Shown one piece after another: positions 1-8,356 of a DNA stretch of 17,195 nt. Under the pieces are notes generated by a model that was not told the origin of the DNA, did no database searches, and was given only the letters and a program-made list of their open reading frames with translations. This DNA is from Calditrichaceae bacterium (lineage in GTDB: Bacteria > Calditrichota > Calditrichia > Calditrichales > JBFXGD01). The position numbers were made by a program, and so were the translations under genes. How positions within the stretch are numbered: position 1 is the stretch's first letter; each line of letters starts with the position of its first letter. The stretch spans positions 1 to 17,195 of the forward strand of contig JBFXGD010000065.1 in assembly GCA_050178385.1 (NCBI GenBank), given 5' to 3'.

Positions 1-1
1 A

Positions 2-994
2 AAAATTGTTTTTCTCTTTCCAAACAGCGATACTACGCCTGATGCCCGGCTTAATATTCAAAAAATGTTGAATGCGAATCAAGATGTAAGTTTAAACATA
101 AAAAAAGACATAATACTTGATGCGATTGATCGGAAGCGCAGCGCGAAATCTTACCGGGACACTTATTTTGATTTTCTGTCATTTCTTTATGAAACCAATG
201 TGAAAGAGCTTCATCCAATTCTATTGAATGAGATTAAAAGATATTTTCGGATATTCTCCGACAATCCGGTAAACGGCGATATTATCACTTTTTTCGCGGG
301 CAGTACTCTGGAACAGGAGGAAAATATTACAAATGCCATTGCCTGTTACAGAAAAATTATTGCGCTTTTCCCCGAATCCCCCTATCGATGGAAGGCACAA
401 TACCAAATCGGATATCTCTTTTATTCCAGACTGGATTCGGTATCATCCGCCATGGATAATTTTTTAGAGGTGATTAATTCATTTCCTATGCCGGAAGAAG
501 CCGTAAGCGCTCAGTTTTATCTTGCTGAGATTTATGATAAAAAACTTAACAACATCGATGAGGCAATACAAAATTACCGTCTATTGATTGGATCGTTTCC
601 TGATAATCCGTTTATACTTCCGGCTCTGCAACGTACCGCCGAGCTTTGCCGGAATTCCGGACGCTACGAAGAAGCTGTAACGGCTTATATGCAGATATTT
701 GAAGATTATCCTGACTGTGATACGGCTCCATCAGCTCTGGAGCAAATCATTTCTATCTATTATAATCACCTCAATAAACCGGCGCGCGCAGCTGAAACAC
801 TAAAATTATTCGGTTCTTATTTTAAGAATTATCCCAAAGCAGATGAATATTTATTTAAAGCCGCCGCAATCTATGCGAATGAATTAAAAATGATGAATGA
901 GGCGCAGGAAATTTGTGTTTTTATCATTAAGAATTATCCGGATGGGCATTTTGCTGAACCTGCGCGGGACCTCATGAAAAAAGGCGGAAATTAA
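2..994 (+). CDS. Tetratricopeptide-repeat protein (BamD/YfiO- or CpoB-like TPRs), 5'-truncated by the window edge
   Basis: The frame is open from base 2 (KIVFLFPNSDTTPDARLNIQKM), so the gene starts upstream of the window. Repeated TPR units of the 'Y..ii..(F/Y)P.s....A...ia' type: YRKIIALFPESPYRWKAQYQIG, FLEVINSFPMPEEAVSAQFYLA, YRLLIGSFPDNPFILPALQRTA, YMQIFEDYPDCDTAPSALEQII, IIKNYPDGHFAEPARDLM. Confidence 0.8.
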   Translation, partial: KIVFLFPNSDTTPDARLNIQKMLNANQDVSLNIKKDIILDAIDRKRSAKSYRDTYFDFLSFLYETNVKELHPILLNEIKRYFRIFSDNPVNGDIITFFAGSTLEQEENITNAIACYRKIIALFPESPYRWKAQYQIGYLFYSRLDSVSSAMDNFLEVINSFPMPEEAVSAQFYLAEIYDKKLNNIDEAIQNYRLLIGSFPDNPFILPALQRTAELCRNSGRYEEAVTAYMQIFEDYPDCDTAPSALEQIISIYYNHLNKPARAAETLKLFGSYFKNYPKADEYLFKAAAIYANELKMMNEAQEICVFIIKNYPDGHFAEPARDLMKKGGN

Positions 995-1007
995 CCGAAG
1001 AAAAACA

Positions 1008-1994
1008 CTATTTCAGATTAAATATTTCTGAAAATTGCAGATGAAATGATATTCGGTGCACATTTCCCAGCTCATTTTCATAACCTGTGAATGAATAGTC
1101 AAATGTGATTTTAGGGATTTTTAATCCGACTCCCGCATTAAATCTTTCAAGTTCATCAATACCGAAACGGACAGATAAGGTGTTTTTATAGGCCACATCC
1201 ATTCCCCAGAACGAATCCAGACTGGCGGCCCCGAGATTAAACTGGCTCGCATAATCCCTGTTTTCAAACAGAACATTAAAATCCGCCGCGGGACGGACAA
1301 CTAAATCAATACTTGAAATATTAAAAATATACGAGACTCCCATCCTTACGGAAGGCGTAATAAATTCGCGTTCTCCCGTGCTCCACGACATCATTGTTGT
1401 GGTAATATCCCTAAGCATTAAGCCAAATGATAAGCGTTCGTTGAAATGATACTTTAGTCCCGCGTCAAAACCAATACCGAGGGCGGATTCAACTTCGTAA
1501 TCACGGTAGATAAACTTGACATTTCCCCCATAACTTATGCCGGATCTGAAAGGTCTTGCGTATGACAAAAGGACAGAATAATCGCCGGTATTGAATAATT
1601 TCACCCTCGAAGGATCAACACGATTCTCGATAAAATCATAAGCATCCCTGCTGTCCTTGATATCGTTTACGGTAAGATAGGTTACTGTAAGAGCTACAGC
1701 GCTCTTATCCGGTAAAAGACGGGATACGGCAAGATAATTATATTGTATACTGCTGATAAATTGTTTACTGTGCATAAACTCAAATTGCAGGCCATCCGCG
1801 TCGACAAGCCCGGCGGGATTCCAGTACCCGGCTGTCACGTCATCGGCAACGCCGGTTGCAGCGCCGCCCATACCCGTTGCGCGTCCGCCGACACCGAGAT
1901 AAAGAAACTCGCCAGCGTATTTCTTGAAGGAACCGGCAGAAAGCACAGATACCATCAGTGATATCAAAACAAGGACCCGAACCGGTTGTTGCAT
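1008..1994 (-). CDS. PorV/PorQ-like (UPF0164/FadL-type) outer-membrane beta-barrel protein
   Basis: Signal peptide (VRVLVLISLMVSVLSA), family motif FLYLGVGGRATGMGGA...AGYWNPAGL, alternating beta-strand pattern, and C-terminal FDYSF...LGNVHRISFHLQF. ATG at 1994 is preceded by GGGAG (6 nt spacer); the ORF track starts at TTG 1997. Confidence 0.8.
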   Translation of the reverse strand: MQQPVRVLVLISLMVSVLSAGSFKKYAGEFLYLGVGGRATGMGGAATGVADDVTAGYWNPAGLVDADGLQFEFMHSKQFISSIQYNYLAVSRLLPDKSAVALTVTYLTVNDIKDSRDAYDFIENRVDPSRVKLFNTGDYSVLLSYARPFRSGISYGGNVKFIYRDYEVESALGIGFDAGLKYHFNERLSFGLMLRDITTTMMSWSTGEREFITPSVRMGVSYIFNISSIDLVVRPAADFNVLFENRDYASQFNLGAASLDSFWGMDVAYKNTLSVRFGIDELERFNAGVGLKIPKITFDYSFTGYENELGNVHRISFHLQFSEIFNLK

Positions 1995-2012
1995 CAATTA
2001 CTCCCAAATCAT

Positions 2013-2594
2013 CTAGGCTAGTAAGGTTAATAATATCGCGGTCATTAACGGCAGCGTTAAATTATCGTTCAGCCCCGCCGGAAACAATTCTACCAGCGTT
2101 AAAATGAAAGCCATGGCTGGCGCCACCCAGTTTGCGCCCTGATAAATTAACAGAATTACAACCGCTGTTAAAAAAAAACCAATACTTCCTTCTACCGTTT
2201 TATTTTTTATCCGGAGCGAACCGAAGCTCTTGCCTGTCAAGGCGGCAACCGGGTCAGCCAGGGTTGCGATTAAAATTGCCGGAACAGCTATCTCTTTTGG
2301 AAACAAAGCAATTGTCAGGGTTATTCCTGTAAAAAGCCAGGTTGCTCCTGTAATTTTTTTACCGGCTTCTTCATCCCTCAGCAGTCCTGAAAATATTAAT
2401 AAAAAGTACTTTCCAGCCCGGTTTGAATAAATTCTCAATAAATCGGCAGATAAAAACCCTACAGACAGAACAATACTGATTAATAATATCTGGTTGCGGG
2501 AAAGCAGAAAAATATACATTAAAGGAAGCACCGATATGGAAATATGTATCAGTTTTCTTTTTATTTCTGCCGACAGATCAAGTGATTGGATCAT
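2013..2594 (-). CDS. CTP-dependent polyprenol/diacylglycerol kinase family membrane protein (SEC59/DGK1/VTE5, CTP_transf_1 clan)
   Basis: Hydrophobic multi-TM protein with EIKRKLIH, LLRDEE, GATW, ADPVAALTGKSFG, KTVEGS and NDNLTLP motifs. Its start overlaps the rpe stop (TGATG at 2594). Confidence 0.8.
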   Translation of the reverse strand: MIQSLDLSAEIKRKLIHISISVLPLMYIFLLSRNQILLISIVLSVGFLSADLLRIYSNRAGKYFLLIFSGLLRDEEAGKKITGATWLFTGITLTIALFPKEIAVPAILIATLADPVAALTGKSFGSLRIKNKTVEGSIGFFLTAVVILLIYQGANWVAPAMAFILTLVELFPAGLNDNLTLPLMTAILLTLLA

Positions 2595-3265
2595 CAGATC
2601 TCCAGCCCGCCCCCTGAGATGACATTTTTCAGTTTTCTACAGGCATCCCCTACTGATTTTTCACCAAAAACCGCATTGCCTGCCACCAATATATCAGCGC
2701 CGGCTTTTACAATATCTCGGGCTGTTTCCCGATTCACTCCACCATCAACCTCTATCAGGCACTTCGGATTTCTTTTTATGATGAGATCCTTAAGAGTTCT
2801 GATTTTTTCCAGTGAATAAGGAATAAATTTTTGACCTCCATATCCCGGATTAACGGACATAATCAGAACAAGATCGGTAATTTCAATGATATTCTCCAGT
2901 GTGCTGACAGGTGTCGCCGGATTAATGGATACCCCGGCGAGACAATTTTGCTCCCTGATAAATTGAATTGTTCTGTCAAGGTGATTACAGGCTTCCTGAT
3001 GAACAGTAATTATGGAAGCTCCGGCTGCGGCAAAATCCCGGATATATAAATCGGGATTACTGATCATTAAGTGAACATCTTTTGGAAGTTCAGTAACTCT
3101 GCTGACCGCTTTTACCATAAAGGGCCCAAAGGTTAGATTCGGGACAAAGTGCCCATCCATCACATCGATATGTATATAATCGGCGCCGTTTTCTTCAACA
3201 AGTTCAAGTTGTTGCCTGAGCTTTAGCACATCAGCGGAAAGGATTGAAGGCGCGAGAAAAGCCAT
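2594..3265 (-). CDS. rpe: Ribulose-phosphate 3-epimerase
   Basis: APSILSAD, HIDVMDGHFVPNLTFG, DVHLMI, MSVNPGYGGQKF and EVDGG motifs. Confidence 0.97.
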   Translation of the reverse strand: MAFLAPSILSADVLKLRQQLELVEENGADYIHIDVMDGHFVPNLTFGPFMVKAVSRVTELPKDVHLMISNPDLYIRDFAAAGASIITVHQEACNHLDRTIQFIREQNCLAGVSINPATPVSTLENIIEITDLVLIMSVNPGYGGQKFIPYSLEKIRTLKDLIIKRNPKCLIEVDGGVNRETARDIVKAGADILVAGNAVFGEKSVGDACRKLKNVISGGGLEI

Positions 3266-3267
3266 GT

Positions 3268-4035
3268 TTAATCTCCGATTGGTTTTAACTTGCTCACAAG
3301 CAGTACGATTTCTGTTTCCCTTTCGATCGGCTGACCGGGCGCGAGACTTTGTTTAAGAATTGTTTCCGGTAATACGTTTTCACGTTCTTCATATTCAATC
3401 TGATCGATTCTAACACCGAGATGTTGGAGCTGTTTTTTTGCAGATGAAAGACTTTTGCCCACCAGTTCCGGAACTGTTCTCTGTTCCGGAAGAGATCCCA
3501 GACTCACAGTGATTGTAATTCTGGTTTTCTTCTTTATTTTTTGTCCCTGCGGGAATGTTTGCGCTATAACCACGCCTTCAGGATAAATATCCGAATAGGC
3601 GTAAAGAGTCGATGAAAGCTCTAGCCCGTTGGCTTTGAGAAGAAATTCAGCGTCTCTGGGAGATCTTCCGAAAAGATTTGGCATAATGATTGGTTTTTCA
3701 CCGATGCTCACCTTTACATAAACATGCCGTCCTTTTTTAACGGTGGAATAAGGTAAAGGCATCTGTTCGACAACCGTCCCGCTCGGATAATGAGAATCAT
3801 ATACGGAATCAACTAACACAACCTGAAATCCCATGCTTATAAGTTCTTTTTCAGCATCAGGAAATTCTTTTTCCACCATATCAGGCATTTCAACTTCATC
3901 ACCCAAGTTTACATACCAGGGCATTACCAGTTTGTCCATAACGATTGTGAAAACTAAAAGTATCGCAAGGATAAGAAGAGTTCGGGCGAATTTTTTTGTT
4001 CTATACCGTCCCCATATTTCCGAAATATTACTCAT
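3268..4035 (-). CDS. Membrane-anchored PASTA-domain protein (3 PASTA repeats, no kinase domain)
   Basis: Basic N-terminus, one TM helix (TLLILAILLVFTIV), then three PASTA repeats (VEMPDMVEK...QMPLPYSTVKKG, MPNLFGRS...QTFPQGQKIKK, TVPELVGKS...QSLAPGQPI). ATG at 4035 is preferred (AGG 9 nt upstream); alternative start TTG 4044. Confidence 0.88.
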   Translation of the reverse strand: MSNISEIWGRYRTKKFARTLLILAILLVFTIVMDKLVMPWYVNLGDEVEMPDMVEKEFPDAEKELISMGFQVVLVDSVYDSHYPSGTVVEQMPLPYSTVKKGRHVYVKVSIGEKPIIMPNLFGRSPRDAEFLLKANGLELSSTLYAYSDIYPEGVVIAQTFPQGQKIKKKTRITITVSLGSLPEQRTVPELVGKSLSSAKKQLQHLGVRIDQIEYEERENVLPETILKQSLAPGQPIERETEIVLLVSKLKPIGD

Positions 4036-4071
4036 GGATTTCAACCTGCTTAATAATCATTCTATTTAGTT

Positions 4072-4512
4072 TTATTTACTTTCAACTATCAGAGTTACCG
4101 GTCCGTAATTAATAAGTTCGACATCCATCATCGCGCCGAACACTCCTGTTTCCGTTCTAACTCCATATTCTTCAACTTTGTTTATAAATCTTTTATAATA
4201 ATCATTGCCTTTTTCAGGACCGGCTGCCGCTATAAAACTTGGGCGTCTTCCCTTTTTTGTATCTCCGAGCAGTGTAAATTGAGAGACTGCCAGTATTTCA
4301 CCGCCGGTCTCCAGTAATGAGCGGTTCATTTTACCGCTATTGTCTTCAAAAATACGTAAATTTACACATTTATCAGCAACAAAATCAATATCTTCCGGTG
4401 TATCATTTTCAGCGATTCCAATAAGCAGCAATAATCCATTTCCTATTTTGCCCACAATCTCATTGTTTACTTTAACATGCGCGCTGCTCACCCGCTGAAC
4501 GACCACTCTCAT
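4072..4512 (-). CDS. dtd: D-aminoacyl-tRNA deacylase
   Basis: MRVVVQRV, NLRIFED..GKMN.S, SQFTL, GRRPSF, FGAMMDV and GPVT motifs. ATGA overlap with the dnaE stop. Confidence 0.97.
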   Translation of the reverse strand: MRVVVQRVSSAHVKVNNEIVGKIGNGLLLLIGIAENDTPEDIDFVADKCVNLRIFEDNSGKMNRSLLETGGEILAVSQFTLLGDTKKGRRPSFIAAAGPEKGNDYYKRFINKVEEYGVRTETGVFGAMMDVELINYGPVTLIVESK

Positions 4513-7500
4513 CTCTGTTCCTTGATTTTTACCTTGATATTATCAGTTCCGAGAATTTTACTCAATTCATCCAGTGTGTGGTGTGTAAGACGTAATTTGA
4601 TGCTTTTGGAAATCATCACTAAGTTACCGCTGCCATTATCGGAGAGATTCACGTATACAGGACTTGTACCCGGACTCGATTTAAGCGTCATTTTTAGCCG
4701 GTGCAGTTTTTCATCGGTAAAGTTCACACGGTTGATACTGAGCAGTACCGATTCAGTAAATGTATCCGGCACCTGTTCCACAGGCAGGATTTGTTCACCG
4801 ATTACTTTGATGATCTGTTCATCGATTTCAGAATTCAGTTTTCCCTGTATCAAAACGATGTTGTCAGGCTTGAGAAAGGCTTCAAACTGAGGATATACAG
4901 AACCAAAAACAACCGCTTCATAGGTCCTTGAAAAATCTTCGATTTTTACAAAGGCCATCTTTTGCTGTTTTTTATCCAGAATAACACGTAAATCTATGAT
5001 CTGCCCGCATACTCTAAGCACTTTAGGCAGAGTTTTATTTTCTGACTCATCACCGATAAAGTCATCGATTTTCGTAGAGAATAAGTTTACGATCGGGCGG
5101 AATCTTTCCAGCGGATGACCTGAAATATAGAATCCGAGCAGCTCTTTTTCTTTTTTTAATTTATCCGTGATGTTCCAGTCCGGTATATCCGGGAGCTCGG
5201 GGTAGGTCACGAGATTTTCACTCTGTGTATCAGCCGCGCCTGATCCGAATAAATTGATTTGATCCCGGTTCTTATTCTTCTCTCCCTGGAAATTTTGACC
5301 AAATTCTATGGCTTTCTCAATTGAATTATATAATTGTGCCCGGCTGCCCTCCAGAGAGTCCATCGCGCCTGCCATAGCAAGACTCTCCAGTACTTTTTTG
5401 TTGACAAGACGGAGATCCACATGCTGTATAAGCTCGAACAGGCTTTTAAATTTACCATGCGCTTTTCTGGCTTCAACGATGGATGCTATCGCGTTGCCAC
5501 CAACATTTTTTATGGCTTCCATACCAAAAGCGATTTTTTCAGGATCGAGGGGAACAAAGTGCGCTTCGCTGTAATTCACATCCGGTGGTTCAATCTGAAG
5601 ACCAATTTTGCGGCATTCTTCCATCAAAATCATAACCCGGTCTGAATTACTTACCTCACTCGTTAAGTTGGCAGAAATAAATTCTGCAGGATAATGAGCC
5701 TTTAAATATGCGGTCTGATACGCGATAATTGCATAGGCAGCCGAATGTGATTTATTGAATCCGTACTGCGCAAATTTTTCAATTAAGTCGGCAATTTCCT
5801 GAGCGGCCTTCTTTTTAATATCATTATTCAGGCAGCCATCAACAAATAACTTTTTCTGCTCGGCCATTACTTCTTTTTTCTTCTTCCCCATCGCCCTTCG
5901 CATTAAATCGGCTTGAGCAAGCGAAAACCCCCCCAGATCAGAAGCAATTCTCATCACCTGTTCCTGATAAACAATGATTCCATATGTCTCTTTAAGAATC
6001 GTCTCAAGTTTCGGGTGAAGATATTCGATCTTTTTCCGTCCGTATTTCCGGTCGATAAAATCATCTATCATGCTCATCGGCCCTGGTCGGTAAAGAGCGT
6101 TCATGGCAATAAGGTCTTCTATTCGTGACGGTTTTAATTTCCGAAGATATTCCTGCATTCCGGAGCTTTCAAACTGAAAAACCCCGACTGTGAGACCATC
6201 GCCGAATAATTTAAAAGTAGCTTCATCATCAATGGGAATTTTTTCAACAGAGAAATCAGAATCATTCCTTTCCCGAATCATTTTCTCCGCTTTCTGAATC
6301 ACCGTCAGGTTTCGAAGTCCAAGAAAATCCATTTTGAGCAAACCTATTGCCTCGCACCAGCCCATAGTCCACTGAGTCGTAATTTCCTGGTCAGAATTCT
6401 TATATAACGGCACAAAATTGGTGATATCATCCGGTGCGATGATAATACCGGCTGCGTGGACAGAAGCGTGACGGGCGATACCTTCCAGAGTTTGTGAATA
6501 GGTCACAAGTTCCCTCAACTGCGGGTCATCACTTTCTGCTATTTCCTTTAATTCCGGAACATCGACGAATGCTTTTTTGAGCGGCATCGGTTTGGCTCCC
6601 TGAATCGGAATCTGCTTTGCGATAGTATCCGCCTTGGAAATTGGAATTTTCAGCACTCTGGAAACATCCCTGATGACTCCCCGGGCTGCCATTGTTCCAA
6701 AGGTAATAATTTGAGCGACATTTTCCTGTCCGTATTTATTGCGCACGTATTCGATCACTTCGTCACGGCGGTCAACACAAAAATCGATATCAATATCCGG
6801 CATGGTGACACGTTCGGGATTTAGGAATCTCTCAAAAAGCAAATCATATCGAAGCGGATCGACGTTTGTGATTCCGAGACTGTAGGCCACAAGACTGCCG
6901 GCTGCCGAACCGCGTCCCAATCCTACGGGTATATCCTTTTGCCGCGCAGCATCGATAAAATCCTGAACGATAAGAAAATATCCGGCAAATCCCATTTTTT
7001 TTATAACGGACAGCTCATATTGAAGCCGTTCATTCAATTTTTCATCAATTTCCCCGTATTTTTTCTCAGTACCCCGCACAGCCAGGCGGCTTAAATATTC
7101 ATCGGGATCGATACTGCCCTCTGACGCGGGTATGGGGAATCGGGGTAAATGTCTCTGAGAAAAATCAATAGTAAGATCAATTTTTTCATCAATTTCCAGG
7201 GTGCGCTCAACGACTTCCGGCCGGTCCTTGAAAAGCTGATACATTTCATCCGGTGATTTCATGTATAGTTCTTCGGTTCCGTAGCGCATACGGTTGGGAT
7301 CATCACGATCTTTACCCGTCTGGAGGCAAAGCAGAATATCATGAGCTTCGTGATCGCCTTTATTCACATAATGATTATCATTTGTACAAATAACGGGAAT
7401 ACTCATCTCTTTACCGAGATCATAGATCTGTGGATAAACGGATTGTTCATCGGGAATATGATGATCCTGAATTTCGAGGTAAAAATCGTTTCCAAAGATA

Positions 7501-7991
7501 TCTGCGTAGTCTTCTATTAGTTTGATGGCCTGGTCACGCATTCCCCTTCGCAGCTTATACGCGATTTCACCTTTCAGGCAGGCTGATGTCGCTATCAACC
7601 CTTCGGAATATTTGCGTAAAATTTCTTTATCAATTCTCGGTTTATAGTACATACCTTCAAGATACGCGCTTGAAGAAAGTTTAATCAGGTTCCGAAAACC
7701 GGTTTCATTTTTGGCAAGAAGCACAAGGTGATATGAATGTGATTCCCCTTCCAGCTGTTTCCGAAGTGTTCGGGACCCGGGAGCAATATAGGCTTCCATC
7801 CCGATAATTGGTTTAATTCCCGCTTTTTTAGCCTGTGTATAGAATTCAAGGGCTCCGAATAGATTGCCATGATCGGTAATCGCAAGAGACTTCATGCCAA
7901 GTTCAGCAGCGCGATTGACCAGGTCTTTTATTTTTCCGGCACCGTCGAGAAGCGAGTAATGTGTGTGAGAATGTAAATGAACGAATGACAA
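4509..7991 (-). CDS. dnaE: DNA polymerase III alpha subunit (DnaE1 type)
   Basis: PHP domain (FVHLHSHTHYSLLDG, ITDHG), GRGSAAGSLVAY, catalytic PDIDIDF and KMDFLGL, FNKSHSAAY, clamp-binding QINLF, C-terminal OB fold. The likely start is TTG 7991 (GAGG 9 nt upstream, giving the canonical MSFVHLH) rather than GTG 8006. Confidence 0.97.
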   Translation of the reverse strand: MSFVHLHSHTHYSLLDGAGKIKDLVNRAAELGMKSLAITDHGNLFGALEFYTQAKKAGIKPIIGMEAYIAPGSRTLRKQLEGESHSYHLVLLAKNETGFRNLIKLSSSAYLEGMYYKPRIDKEILRKYSEGLIATSACLKGEIAYKLRRGMRDQAIKLIEDYADIFGNDFYLEIQDHHIPDEQSVYPQIYDLGKEMSIPVICTNDNHYVNKGDHEAHDILLCLQTGKDRDDPNRMRYGTEELYMKSPDEMYQLFKDRPEVVERTLEIDEKIDLTIDFSQRHLPRFPIPASEGSIDPDEYLSRLAVRGTEKKYGEIDEKLNERLQYELSVIKKMGFAGYFLIVQDFIDAARQKDIPVGLGRGSAAGSLVAYSLGITNVDPLRYDLLFERFLNPERVTMPDIDIDFCVDRRDEVIEYVRNKYGQENVAQIITFGTMAARGVIRDVSRVLKIPISKADTIAKQIPIQGAKPMPLKKAFVDVPELKEIAESDDPQLRELVTYSQTLEGIARHASVHAAGIIIAPDDITNFVPLYKNSDQEITTQWTMGWCEAIGLLKMDFLGLRNLTVIQKAEKMIRERNDSDFSVEKIPIDDEATFKLFGDGLTVGVFQFESSGMQEYLRKLKPSRIEDLIAMNALYRPGPMSMIDDFIDRKYGRKKIEYLHPKLETILKETYGIIVYQEQVMRIASDLGGFSLAQADLMRRAMGKKKKEVMAEQKKLFVDGCLNNDIKKKAAQEIADLIEKFAQYGFNKSHSAAYAIIAYQTAYLKAHYPAEFISANLTSEVSNSDRVMILMEECRKIGLQIEPPDVNYSEAHFVPLDPEKIAFGMEAIKNVGGNAIASIVEARKAHGKFKSLFELIQHVDLRLVNKKVLESLAMAGAMDSLEGSRAQLYNSIEKAIEFGQNFQGEKNKNRDQINLFGSGAADTQSENLVTYPELPDIPDWNITDKLKKEKELLGFYISGHPLERFRPIVNLFSTKIDDFIGDESENKTLPKVLRVCGQIIDLRVILDKKQQKMAFVKIEDFSRTYEAVVFGSVYPQFEAFLKPDNIVLIQGKLNSEIDEQIIKVIGEQILPVEQVPDTFTESVLLSINRVNFTDEKLHRLKMTLKSSPGTSPVYVNLSDNGSGNLVMISKSIKLRLTHHTLDELSKILGTDNIKVKIKEQR

Positions 7992-8212
7992 ATCGGTTAA
8001 CCTCACTATATTTATATTAAAGTGTTAGAAATATACTCTCTTTCATCATGAACAGTTCAACTTTTTGTTCGGAAATAAATAAATAATACAATCAAAGCAA
8101 AATCCGGAATACAGAGGTATGCGCAACGGATAAATTCAACAATATTCACAATCCATTTAAATACTTGTTTATAAATTATTTATAGTAATTTACCCGGCTT
8201 TTGTTATAGACT

Positions 8213-8242
8213 TAATTTAAAAGTAAGCATAAATAATTGCAA
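8213..8242 (-). promoter_or_regulatory. Candidate sigma-70 promoter for the dnaE operon (TTGCAA-17-TAAATT)
   Basis: Minus strand reads TTGCAA ttatttatgcttacttt TAAATT. The region is very AT-rich, so a chance match is possible. Confidence 0.35.
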
Positions 8243-8356
8243 AATTATTTGGAAGCCTTTTTAGATTAAAAAAATTCCTTTGATGATAAGGAATCATTAC
8301 TTAATTTTGTGTATCTGACAATGAGAATAAACGATAATGTTAAAAAGGAGCAGATA

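Noticed and set aside
975..1007. Terminator between the convergent TPR and PorV-like genes
   Set aside because: Only a 3-bp CGG/CCG stem is present, too weak to call.
2170..2178. A9 homopolymer in the kinase gene as a phase-variation tract
   Set aside because: It is in frame (encodes F-F-L), and A/T runs of 7-9 nt are common throughout this AT-rich window.
4509..7991. Possible intein or split in dnaE
   Set aside because: The length (~1160 aa) and motif order are normal, with no insertion bearing C/S...HN splice motifs or LAGLIDADG blocks.
8049..8070. TGAAC-A-GTTCA dyad and GTTC-N8-GTTC upstream of dnaE as a LexA box
   Set aside because: The spacing fits neither GAAC-N4-GTTC nor GTTC-N7-GTTC, and the gene is a replicative DnaE1 rather than an SOS DnaE2.
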